Assembly: GCA_023231475.1 (NCBI GenBank)
Contig: JALJEE010001982.1
Span: forward strand, 62,001 to 90,874
Length of the DNA: 28,874 nucleotides
Direction: 5' to 3'
DNA from: Seison nebaliae
Lineage: Eukaryota
Made by a program: the position numbers and the translations under genes. Positions 10,191 to 21,809 of the stretch are shown piece by piece. The notes below the pieces were generated by a model. That model made no database searches, was not told the DNA's origin, and was given only the letters and a program-made list of their open reading frames with translations. The number at the start of each line of letters is the position of its first letter. Within the stretch, counting starts at the first letter, position 1.

Positions 10191-12488
10191 TTTTGCGAAA
10201 AAAATTTTCTTTTTCAATAGCTTCAAAATCGAAATCGAATTAGTTTACATTTTTCATTCATTCTATGAAATTTTATTAAAATTTATTAAATTTTTGTAAT
10301 CGTTGTAAGAAATTACATTGTGATTGATTCAATTTTTTTCTATTCATTCTACAAATAAAATGACAATAATCAAAATTGTTGTTCTTCTTCATATTTTCAA
10401 TGATGATGATGATGAAAAAATTTTAGTTAAACTCAACTCCAAATTCAGAAAAGAATTCCTCTCCAATTTCTCGTTTTCTTTCAACACACACACACACATA
10501 CACAAAGACGGAGAGAAACTTGCACATTCGCACACAGGAAAATAGAAGTAAAATGATTGATGAATTTAAATTGCAATAGAAATTTTTTAGATAGTCGTCT
10601 AAATATTGTTATGTCTCTTTATTTCTATCTATATGGCTCGTCCAACCTCATCATCATTTTTTTCTCGACGAATTATTCTGATGATTCGATGTTCTCACAC
10701 AAATTTATTTTTCAAATAAATATCATGACAATCGATTATCAACATTCCCACGAAATATTTAATTTTTAAAAAAATTTTTAATTTCTATTTATTTCATAAT
10801 CGTCTATGTAATTTGAAAAAAGTTTCAAGAAATTTTATTATCACGTTCTTTTTATGTTTCAAAAAAAAATGTTTGTTCGATTTTTACGAGATATTTTTTT
10901 AAAGAAATTTCAACGACTTCGTTTTCAATCCTCGTAAAAGAATGACGAAGAAATATTATTTGGAGAGTGATGATGTGAGAGAGATGTGGACGAAAAGAAC
11001 TTTGATGGAGAAAAGTTGAAGTAAGTTTGTTCGTTGGTGAGAAGAAAGATGTTCTTATCTCATTGTTTGATGAGAGAAATGTGTTTAGGTTAACGGAGAA
11101 ATTAAAGTTGAAAATTATATAGAAATGTTTCTTGTAAGTTTTATGTAAGAATTAGAGATATGGGAATTTGAAAGCGGGAGAAGTTGATTGTCGTCCTGTC
11201 AGTTAAGATAAATCAATGGAATTGTTTTCCTTCCTTCCTTCCATCAATAACAACAAATGAATATTTTGTTGATTTGGTCGTTAATTGTGAATGTGGAACA
11301 GGAGAATTCTCTTCTCGAATTACCAGTAATTTTAGTTGTTCCCCCATCATTATTTCTGTTTATGAATATGGAAGTGATGATTATTGATGAGAAGGATTTT
11401 GTTTTTGAGCGACTCATTTCAGTTAGAGATGGATTAATCAGTTTGATGGATAACTAATAGAGAATGATGAAGTTAAATGAATCGAACTGTGACGAAACGA
11501 ATAAATTTGGAAGAGTTTCTATGATTGTTTTTTTAGAGAAAAAAATTTCAGTAGATATTGTCCTTCATTGATATGTGCTATTGGACATGTTGGACCGACG
11601 AAAGTGGAAGATAAGGAGAAATAATTCTCTATTTTTAGTGATAAGTACCATTGAGGTACACCTACGACAATTGACATCTGAAATGGGATTGAATGAGTTA
11701 GTTAATTTGAGCGAAATGTGGATAGGAAGTTACTCGATTGTATTTGTTATCGATTTCTATTTCTTCCTGTTTACGTCGTCCAAATAGCAGGAATGCGGAG
11801 ATTAGGGATGGATGGAAGGCAATATGTGGGAGAAGATAAAGGGAACACAGTTATATCGATGGGATATTATCCGGTCTATGGACCATCCGACTAACGAGAG
11901 GTGAATATTATGAGAATGCAAATCAGAAAGAAGATATGTTCATGTGTGTGCGATTGTGTCAGTTATGCGTGTGTGTGTGTGTGTGTGAGTGTGTGTTTTA
12001 TTATTTATCGATTATGTTTCCGTTCATGGTGACGGATGGATGATGTAAGAATGTGTATGTGAAAAATAAAGAAGAATGACAATGTTAAGTGAAGATGACG
12101 TGTGCGAATGTTATATTTGCCAATTCATCACCAATACACATGATTGGAGGAGAATGAGAAAGGGAAATGTGAGGAGGAGAGGGATAGGAAGAGGAGGAAG
12201 ATGAATAGAAATATTAAGAATCATAATATTCATTCATTATCAATGACTGAATGTAATTGCTTCGGATACATAACCGTTCGCCCTCTATTTGTCTATGTAT
12301 GAGATGGTCGATACAGATCATTAATTTATTCGAAGGAAAGTCATTCAGTTCTCTTTTCTCTCTTCAAATCGCAGAGGAATCTCGTTTTGCGGACAAGGGT
12401 TGTTGAAAAGCAGTTCTTACATATTTCTGATGAACATTCTTACTATATTCCTCCTTATTATTACATCTACGATCTTGTTCTTTTTCTC

Positions 12489-12489
12489 G

Positions 12490-12524
<35 letters not shown>
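12489..12524. repeat. (GTT)12 microsatellite
   Basis: Perfect trinucleotide run. Confidence 0.95.
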
Positions 12525-12747
12525 GGCATTGTGATGAGAAGAGAAGAAGAAGCATTTGTCAATATGTCATTTATTATTAACTTCTTTAACTTTTATTTTT
12601 CTTGTACATTCTGTATATGTATATGTTATGCAACATTAGAATAATTCCCTCTTTTATTTTATTAATATTATGAACTTTTTTTTTATCAATGCAAACTCGT
12701 ATTCATATGACGACACTCATCTCATATGTATCCTCGTGTGTTCATGT

Positions 12748-12752
<5 letters not shown>

Positions 12753-12790
<38 letters not shown>
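12753..12790. repeat. (TG)19 microsatellite
   Basis: Perfect dinucleotide run; a shorter TG run lies near 11969-11996. Confidence 0.95.
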
Positions 12791-12792
<2 letters not shown>

Positions 12793-14234
12793 TGGATTGT
12801 TTTGAAAAGAAGAAAAGAAAAAGTTTTGATATGAAATAGAGATCTTTTTATTTTGTGCCATGTAACCGAACAGTTGTCGGATAGAAACATCTGGCATAAT
12901 TAACAATGAGTTCTGATGACGAAAAGGGATTGATGGTGAGTGATAGAAGGGGAGGGAGTCGCTTTCACTTTCGAAAATTGGAGAATGAAATTTCCTCTTA
13001 TTCGCTCATGCGGACAATGTACTTACATCGTAAAAGTTATAGCCGACTCGCGCCACACATCCACCTATCCATACCTATCATCTTCTTCCCAACATCTTAT
13101 ACATAGTCAGTAGTTGTCATATGCATATTAGTATGTCACACTGTGTCACACTGTGTCACACACAATAAATATGTACGTGTGGGCCATGAGTGAATGCGGA
13201 TGTGTGTATGTGTCAATATACACATAGATGCGTGTATGTCGTGTCGAATATTTATCTTATTCATTTAATTCCTTCTTTTCTATCTAATTTTTTCTTTTAT
13301 AATGTTAATGCAACTGCTTATTTAGTCCCTTATTAATTTGATTATATAATTATTGTTATTCTTATTATGATAGTCGACTTCTATTCCTATTATTCTCATT
13401 ACGACCATTATTACTTCATTGACATGTTCCAGTGTTGTCTTCCATCATTATCATCATTATCATCATCATTATCATCATTCCCATTTTGACAGTTATCTTT
13501 ATTATTAAAATACTGTTATTCTTCCAATTACTAGTAATCATTGATGACGGAGGTAAATAAACATTTATTTCTCATCAATTTCCTCTCGTTCGTGATTGGA
13601 ATGAGGGTGAGAAATAATTTCCATGTAATTCCTTCTTATACATGATCCTTCGCACGCCATCCAGGTACCAGCTCTCTATGAACAATGTCGATGGTGTTTT
13701 CGGATGCCAATCAATTTCTTCATCCGTCACAATTCCATATATGGATAGATGTTCGTCAGATTAATGATGATGGAGATTATGTCGTCCCAATTCGACATTA
13801 AACGATTTCTCTCTTGCTCCTATGTCCAGATATGGTCAGGTATCGCTGATAATGGGTGAGTCGAATAAGATGGAATTTATCCCCAAAAAAATTATTTTTC
13901 ATTCGTCAATTAAACTCTCTCGTTCTTCGATTACATCCATTTCCTGTTCATTCATTTATCTATCTCTATTACTATTTCTCTTTTTTTTTTTTTTCTTTAC
14001 TTCAGTTCGACAGATCAATATTTGGATTATATCTCCACATTCTCTTCATATTCCTTCCATCCAGAACACCATGTGTACGATCGATCAATGATTGATCGAC
14101 CAATTCCTTATTTCACATCTCAAAATATTATCGAATCGAATTCTTCATCAATACGCTCACAACAATTGATCCATCCGTCGTCATAATCATTCACTTTTGT
14201 TTCCACTTCCCAATCACTTCATTGATAAGACGCG

Positions 14235-17200
14235 ATGGCGAAAGATCGCTTAGAAGCGTTGAAAGCTGCCGTTTCCATTTTATCTTTCTTCCTCCTCCTC
14301 CTTCTTCTATCATCTCATCCTCTCCTCCAAAGGCACAAGATGATGACGACGATGTCGATGATGTCGCCGTTACCATGGACGCTGGTGGCTACATGGAAGA
14401 TTTCTTCCAAGAAGTCGAAGGAATCAGAACTAAAGTCAATCAAATTAATCAAAACGTCGAATTAGTCAAACGAGCTCATAGTAGTATACTATCCGCTCCT
14501 CAACCAGATGAACGTTAAAATTCTCGTATTCCACTTCCCCATCATCATTTGCCCATTTGCAGGAGTGAAACAAGATCTGGAACAGAGGATGTCTGATATC
14601 AAACGAACGGCAAATCAAGTTCGTCAGAAATTGAAAGGTAATTTTTCTAACATTCTCATAATCTCATTTTTTTTTTCATTTAAATTCTTCATTTATATTC
14701 TTCATTTTCATTAACAATCCTAACATTCTTTTCACTAATCAGCCATGGAAGCAAGAATAGAACAAACTGAACAAGAATCATCAGCATCAGCTGATCTCCG
14801 AATCAGAAAATCTCAGGTAATATTTCTTCTCAGTTTTTCTCATTTTATTAGAAATTCATTTTATTATCATTCCATTTTATTATCATTTGAAAAAGAAAAA
14901 AATTCTTTCAATCATTTTCTTATCCTAACCGATATTCTCTTCCATCATCTCTTCCAAATATCACATAATTTTCACTTTTTATGGAGAGAAGGTTGTTATG
15001 CACAGATTGTTGCACATGAAGCGACCGGAGTACCAACCGCTCAAATAAAAGCAATGAAATCCACGGTATTCTTCTTAACTAATCTTCCCATTTTCTTTTC
15101 TTTCCTTTTCTTTTCTTTTCAGTTTCACATTTAAATTTTATTTCCAATTCTCATAAGAATTTCAAGAGAATATTTCCATTTTCTACATTTATTTATTCGA
15201 CGAATTTAAAATAGAAAATAATTTTTTTTTTCTTTTTTGTTATCTCCATTATTTGAAGCATGCAACGTTATCCAGACAATTTATCGAAGTTATGCACAGT
15301 TACAATGTTGCACAAGTCGATTATCGAGAGCGTTGTAAAGCTCGGATCCAACGTCAACTTGAAATGAGTGCGTCATTTTTTCTAACTTATTCTAAGTCTT
15401 CTTATTTTCCTTCGCTATAAATAACGCTTTATTCTCCGTTTACTAATTCCCCTTTTCTTATTGTGCTAATAACCAGACTGATGGTGACGGAGAGGGGGTA
15501 GTGATAGTTGTAGTGAATCGTTAATTTTCTTTCCTTTTAATGTTCAGTTGTTTCCGTTCTCATCGTGGTAGTTGTGATTCATTTTTTGCCGGATAGTATA
15601 ATATGATGGTGAAAAGTTTGACGGAAAGTATGAAGCATTACGACGAAGTGCAGATCGCTTTCCGAACTCATACGAAAAGACTTTTAATGCAACAGCTTGC
15701 CACTAGTTAGTTTGTCAACCACTTCTTTTCCACCCTCCACACACACACACACACAAAAATGCGTCTTCAATTATTTTTATCTGGTGATTATTCTTTCTTG
15801 CTTGCACAAACATTTTTGGTGATATCTTCCTGTAATTATCTTCCATGATTATTTTCTATTTCATTTCTAATTCTTTTTTTTTGGTGACGACTTTTAGCTG
15901 GGAAAGTGACAAACAATGACGAAATTGAAGATATGTTGGAGAAAGGAACGCCCAACGTATTTATTGATGGAGTTAAATTAGTTCGAACTTTCTTTCTATT
16001 TTTATCCAACAGATTATCATCGATACACAACAAGCGAAACAAACATTGAAAGATATTACTGATCGACATGAAGACATTATGAAATTGGAAACGTCGATTC
16101 GAGAACTACACGAAATGTTCACGGACATGGCCACTCTAGTCGAAAGTCAAGTTCATCTTCCAATTCGATTTTTCAACAATTCACAATTTTCAATTGGAAA
16201 TTTCAGGGAGAAATGATCGATCGTATCGAATTCAATGTAGATCACGCTGTCAACTATATCAATTCAGCGAAAGCGGATACGAAAACCGCCGTCAAATATC
16301 AAAGCGCAGCGAGGAAAGTTTGTAGGAATTTCTCATCAACCATTTTATGTAACTATTGTGTTCTATGTGTTTAATGTATTCGTTCATTGTGTTCTACTCC
16401 ACCAGTTGTGTTCTCTAACATCTACTCACTTTTTTTCTGCTTTCTTCAGTTAACAGTCCAATTAGCTTCCTCTCCTTATCATTTCGTAGTTTTTCTTCAT
16501 TCTTCAATTATCCACATTCATCGATCATTGTTATGATCGGATTTTCATGAAATGAAAATTATTATTGGGATAATTAGAAAAGTGCCTTAAATGGACATCT
16601 TTCCATTCCATCAATGCGATTTGTGGAAAATGGAAAACAGTGGACGATCAGGGAGCGAATTGTGCGAATTCCCACTCTAACACACAATATGTTACAATTT
16701 AACATCTTCTTCAACCTTAGATAACACCACCATTTATCATCGATATCTTACACCGGCGTAAGATGAAGAAGAAGCAGAATATATCATCACGAAGAATTTA
16801 TTAATAACTAATCGTCAATAGTAGCAGCTATTGCAGTCGTCATCTCTCTAGGTACATTTTCCTTCCTTCCTTCCTTCCTTCCTTCCTTCAATCCTCTCAA
16901 GCGATTTGATGTGAATATGGATATGCTAGAACATTCGATTATTTACTCTCTGCTTCACCACCATGATCTGTCGATGCTTAACTAACTCTCATAACGCTTC
17001 TCCAACGATTCATTCATTTTCTTTCGACGGACGACGAACATCTTCAATTCGATTCGATAAATACATTCGATTTCGATGCATTCATGAATGGGATAGGATC
17101 CTTCTCCACATTTATACTTTTATTTATCCTCTCAACTCTCATATTATCTTCCATTTCTTATGAATATAGAAATATATGATCATTGGTGGAATAGCTATTG

Positions 17201-18719
17201 CTGTCATTCTTATTATCATCATCATTGTTCTTGCTACTAGATGAACATCATCAATAGAATCATTCCAATCTCATCAATATTATTATCATCATCATCATTC
17301 CAATGTCATTCCAATATCAGCATCATTATTCCAATATTATCAACATTATTATTATTATTATTATTATCATCAGCATTCCAATCTCATCGTAAAGATCTAT
17401 ATTCAAATATCATTCAAATCATTCCAACTTAATCGATAAAGACATCAAAATCTATTCGTCAATATAAATATAAATATATATATATATATATGAACAGTCA
17501 ATTCTATAAGTCATTACATTTATTTCAATTCATCGCGAACCTCTTCCAGAAACGACACACAACAACAACAAAAATGGTCATCGGTCATTTTCTTCAAAGA
17601 ATTTTTCGTTTAATTTAATTTATATATTCAGTTCAATTCAGTTCAACTATCCTCTCCAATCAACACAATAATCCAATTTACTTCTTCTCGATAATCATTA
17701 CATCTTTCTCTTCTTCTCATTCATAGAAACGATTGGTCTTTATCGGCTTCTCTCTAATTGTCACTGGAATTATTATAATTATTATAGTCTCCAAATTCCT
17801 TTGATTGTTTGTGGGTGAGAGACAATTCCTCATCTACATCGATATTCATGCTTTCTCAACTAATCTTACATTAACCAGTCAAACATTGTTGTGAGAAGAC
17901 TGTGATCCATCATCATTCCATTTCATTCGACATATTCTATTTTCACAAACTCCACAAATTTCCACTGAATCCAATTCACAATTTCTCACTACCCACCCAC
18001 CCCTCTAAAACTAATCGATTGAATAAGGAAAACATTACACTCTTCAACGCATTGATGAAATACTAGATTGTGAAACAATTGAGAAGAATAAAAATCTGAT
18101 CATTATCGAACGATGAAAGAAATAAGAAAAATCAGTTTTTAAAAAATACCATCAAATCACCACACATACACACACATAGACATATCTCTGTTAATCTTAT
18201 TATTCCTGCAAAACTATATGCCTTGCACCGGTGCATCTCAACGAAAACATCTGCAATCTCCTTCTTCCCAACACACACACACACAGAACTCAAAATTAAG
18301 AAATTGGGAAAGAATATTTTTTCTCATTTCATTCCCTCGATTTGGATCTCATTCCAATTGTGTAACGTCTGTCAACCAATTGATTAGTGATCAATTATTT
18401 AATCTATTTTCATTTCTGTAATCTACTTCTTCTCCCTTGTAATTAAATGAATCTTCTCCAAATATCTTCTCTCATCAATTCATTCGTGGTATCAATTTTG
18501 GTACAGTGTTCGTGCAGTCTTTCTGCACTGTTAGTGCAATTCTTGTATTTAATGTGAATTTTATGCATTATTCGTTGTGTCAATTTTCCTTCATTCCAAA
18601 ACCATATTAATATCATCCCAATATCGATCATTTTCTAGAAAAAGATAATAATGATGATCTGCCTTCTTGTTATCGTCGTTATTCTGGTAGCTTGGTTGGC
18701 ATATTATTTTACTGGTTGA
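14235..18719 (+). CDS. Syx1A: Syntaxin-1 (Qa-SNARE); canonical isoform ~292 aa, several alternative exons
   Basis: Exons 14235-14270, 14333-14513, 14563-14637, 14743-14816, 15259-15367, 15898-15971, 16013-16150, 16207-16317, 18639-18719. N-peptide MAKDRL; Habc (FFQEVEGIR...[12 protein letters not shown]...[21 protein letters not shown]...[15 protein letters not shown]); SNARE motif ([19 protein letters not shown]...[11 protein letters not shown]); [28 protein letters not shown]. Confidence 0.96.
14992..15065 (+). CDS. Syx1A: Syntaxin-1 alternative exon 4b (paralogue of exon 14743-14816)
   Basis: aag|...|gtattc boundaries, 74 nt, phase 1/0 exactly like exon 4a. Encodes (G)[24 protein letters not shown], which aligns without gaps to (A)[24 protein letters not shown]. 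Confidence 0.75.
15597..15705 (+). CDS. Syx1A: Syntaxin-1 alternative exon 5b (paralogue of exon 15259-15367)
   Basis: tag|...|gttagt boundaries, 109 nt, phase 0/1 exactly like exon 5a. Encodes [36 protein letters not shown]. Confidence 0.85.
16859..16889. repeat. (TTCC)n microsatellite in the syntaxin 3' intron
   Basis: About 7 tandem TTCC units. Confidence 0.9.
17170..17244 (+). CDS. Syx1A: Syntaxin-1 alternative terminal transmembrane exon A
   Basis: tatag|AAA, phase 0; [28 protein letters not shown]. Confidence 0.85.
   Translation, partial: KYMIIGGIAIAVILIIIIIVLATR
17727..17804 (+). CDS. Syx1A: Syntaxin-1 alternative terminal transmembrane exon B
   Basis: Polypyrimidine tract plus catag|AAA, phase 0; [29 protein letters not shown]. 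Confidence 0.85.
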   Translation, partial: KRLVFIGFSLIVTGIIIIIIVSKFL

Positions 18720-19955
18720 TCATCACATTAACAATAAGAACAACAATCATAAACATGCAAATATCATTCATTCTTCCTCTCACACTCTTGGAAAGTTTTA
18801 TCATCGATTAACATCGAGATCAATTGTTCGATAATCGATTGATAGTTATCGATTAGATTGATTAATCCTCCTCCACTAAATGAATGAAATTTTTGTGATT
18901 ATTTATAAATATTTCTTTCGGTTCTAATTTATTCTCTCATTCTATCTCATTCTATCTCATTCTATCCTTCCCCTTCCTCTCCCCTCTAACCACCATTTCA
19001 TATATTAATCTTTGAAGAGTAGACATTTTATTTTCCCAAACATAAAAAACAATTATTCCTCTTTTCACATCCAAATACAATCCATAAATATGCACTCCTT
19101 TTATATGTAACATTCATATTTTTTCTCCTATTCGACTTCTTCACTCACTTTCTCCTGAAAAAAACAAACACCTTCCAAACGTGAAATTTTATCGTTTCTA
19201 TAACCATCTATAACCATCTATAACTTTCTATATTCCCGTCACGAATTTTCACTTTTTTTCCCTATCCGATCTTTTTTCTTCTACTTTTGTACACATCATT
19301 CTCAATTGCCATCAATTCTTTAAAAAAAAAAACTGCCGAAAGATAGTTATAAATTTTCGCTTTCTTCTTTTCTCTCTTCGTTCGACTGACGAGAATATAT
19401 TCGTTTTCTTTTTGTGTGGAAGTCGTCTCATTTCTTTTTTCTTATGTCATCCGAATATTCTCCTCAATTCCATGAATTGATTCCAATCCGTTTTATGGAA
19501 ATGAGAATGATTTTTACACTTTTTACACAAAACAAAAAAAACACTTTTGTCTGTTAATTCTTACCACAATTTTGTTACACACAATTTTTAGAAATTGATC
19601 AATATGGATTAATTCGGATAAACACATTTCTTATTATCAATCGAAATAAAAGAAACTCAAAAGAAATTACTCGAATAAATTTAATGGAAGAAAAAGAAGT
19701 TTTTAGAAGTGTTTAGAAAAATTTTTATTTCAATAAAAATTATTTTAACGGAAAATTTCGTGATTCTTGCAAAAAAGGAAATGTACATAAATTGTCAAAC
19801 ATTTAAAAAGGAGGAAAACAACAACAGAAAATGTTCTCTTAATTCGAAAATAAGATAAAATAAATAATATTGATTGAAGTGGAGAGAGTGTCAAACACAT
19901 CCCGTGTGATCGATAAATTATTTGTTTAACTAAAAATCAACTGAAATGAAACAAT

Positions 19956-21809
19956 TTAATTTTCTTCTTTTATTCTGCTCTTGGTGATGATGGGTGATGA
20001 CATCGACATTCCTGCACTCTTTATTTGGCTTGTTCGATGATTTGATTTCCTTAGGAATTTTGGATGGATATCGAAATTTTGAAGAAATATCGATTGTTCT
20101 CCGAACATTCGTTCCAATGTAAAATTGGGAAATATATCTTTCAATCGTTGAATGAGGAAGATCATAACTCGATCATCAATTTTGTCCATTAGCTCATCAT
20201 CAATAATCGATTGGTCGTCACGTTCCAATGTGATATCACTTTCTGACTTGATGGTTTTAGGAACATTATTTTTTTGGAGAAATGGAAGAATTTCTTTAAT
20301 CTTCCTATGTTCAGTTCTCATTGTCGAATAATTGTTAGTGAATTGGCGAGCGTGTATATGATAATAGTCGTCTAAAAAACCAAAATTCTTCCGAGTAAAT
20401 ATCATTCGAATGAGACTCCGCAAATACACGTACATGTGAACGCTGCCAAACATTTCTATGAAATAACTTCGAAGCGGTTCATTCAAATGATAATAATTCA
20501 TTAAATGACGCAATTCATATGATAATTTGCAATTGGCATAATTGAAACTTTGTCGATTGGCAAAATTTGATGATTTCTTCACATTCTCCCTTTCTTTCTC
20601 TTTCTTTTCTTCTTTTTTCCAATATCCGTTATTGAATGGTCCATTCACAACAAATAATAATTTTTCTTGATTCATCCTTTCCATTTGTTGGTGTTGAGGC
20701 ACATTACGAAAATGGTCAATACTTCGTTTTGCATACCATCCGAATGGATTTGGAGATGAGATATTGTTGTCGAAATCGACTAAATTTATCGGTTTCCTCA
20801 TCAAATATTCATTCGCTACATTCTCCTCTCGCAATTTCCTCCTTTCCATTTTCCAGTTAATGATTCTCATGTCCAATTTATCCTCGATATCGAGATGGTG
20901 AGATGATTTCCGTTTTCGATGAGTTCGCACGAGATTATGAACTTGAAATTTTTGATCTGTTCCGATGAATCCGATTGGCAATGTCTGTCCATCGATTGAT
21001 GAATGGACGAAATTATGGAGATTTTCAGCTGCTTTATTTTTCGCTTCACTGATGGATTTGATCATGACAATTTCTTTCTTCTTCTCATATGCTAAATACG
21101 AATTATTATTATAAGAATTATCAGTTTGTAGATCAATTAATGAATCATCATCATCACTTCCCAATTGATGATGATTATTATTATTATTATTATTAATATT
21201 ATTATTATTATTATTATTATTCGTATTGAGATTGTGTCTCAATTGTTTTTGTCTTGCACGTTGTAATAACATCGACTCGTCAACAGGAAAACCTAATTGT
21301 TCACCAGTTAAACTGGCGAATGCAATTAATCGATTATAACAACTCAATAATCGTTTCTCTTGGAAGTAAGCTAGACCACGATTCAACAACTTTTGCGCCT
21401 CCTGATAATAGATGGTATGTGGTCCGTTGAACATTAGACAATTGTCACACATTAAACGGAAATCATCTTCGTATTGTTTGATGGTGGAATAATGTTTAGA
21501 TTCGATTTGTTTCTTCATCGTCGAAAAATCCATCGGATTCTTTATGACCACATAATAATTCGGTGCAATTTTCGTATCAACCGGTTCACGGAAAAACCGT
21601 TGACCATCCAACATCACTAAATGATCATGAAGATAATTGAGAGCATTCGACAAATTCTTTGCTAATTGATTCTCTTTTCTCTTCGTTCTCTTCAACTGTT
21701 CTCTCATTTGTCCGTCGTTTATTAGTGTCGTTGACGACGAAGCAGATGATGACGGGTGATGATGTATGGGAGAACCTTGAGATACATGAGAGTTATCAAT
21801 TAATGTCAT
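19956..21809 (-). CDS. BRD7/9: Bromodomain-containing protein 7/9-like, single ORF, 617 aa
   Basis: Bromodomain FFREPVDTKIAPNYYVVIKNPMDFSTMK...DFRLMCDNCLMFNGPHTIYYQEAQKLL with the acetyl-lysine-binding Asn. Downstream EAKNKAAENLHNF...IGFI resembles the BRD7/9 post-bromodomain region. Poly-Asn tract. Confidence 0.8.
   Translation of the reverse strand: MTLIDNSHVSQGSPIHHHPSSSASSSTTLINDGQMREQLKRTKRKENQLAKNLSNALNYLHDHLVMLDGQRFFREPVDTKIAPNYYVVIKNPMDFSTMKKQIESKHYSTIKQYEDDFRLMCDNCLMFNGPHTIYYQEAQKLLNRGLAYFQEKRLLSCYNRLIAFASLTGEQLGFPVDESMLLQRARQKQLRHNLNTNNNNNNNNINNNNNNNHHQLGSDDDDSLIDLQTDNSYNNNSYLAYEKKKEIVMIKSISEAKNKAAENLHNFVHSSIDGQTLPIGFIGTDQKFQVHNLVRTHRKRKSSHHLDIEDKLDMRIINWKMERRKLREENVANEYLMRKPINLVDFDNNISSPNPFGWYAKRSIDHFRNVPQHQQMERMNQEKLLFVVNGPFNNGYWKKEEKKEKERENVKKSSNFANRQSFNYANCKLSYELRHLMNYYHLNEPLRSYFIEMFGSVHMYVYLRSLIRMIFTRKNFGFLDDYYHIHARQFTNNYSTMRTEHRKIKEILPFLQKNNVPKTIKSESDITLERDDQSIIDDELMDKIDDRVMIFLIQRLKDIFPNFTLERMFGEQSIFLQNFDIHPKFLRKSNHRTSQIKSAGMSMSSPIITKSRIKEEN

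Noticed and set aside
12364..12644. Poly-Q (minus) and poly-V (plus) ORFs
   Set aside because: Both arise from the (GTT)12 microsatellite; no other coding signal.
14745..15134. 129-aa ORF as an independent protein
   Set aside because: It is syntaxin exon 4a plus a stop-free intron plus exon 4b in one frame.
18503..18531. GTGCAG-tcttt-CTGCAC hairpin upstream of TM exon C
   Set aside because: Only a 6-bp stem, does not match the histone stem-loop consensus, and is expected by chance.
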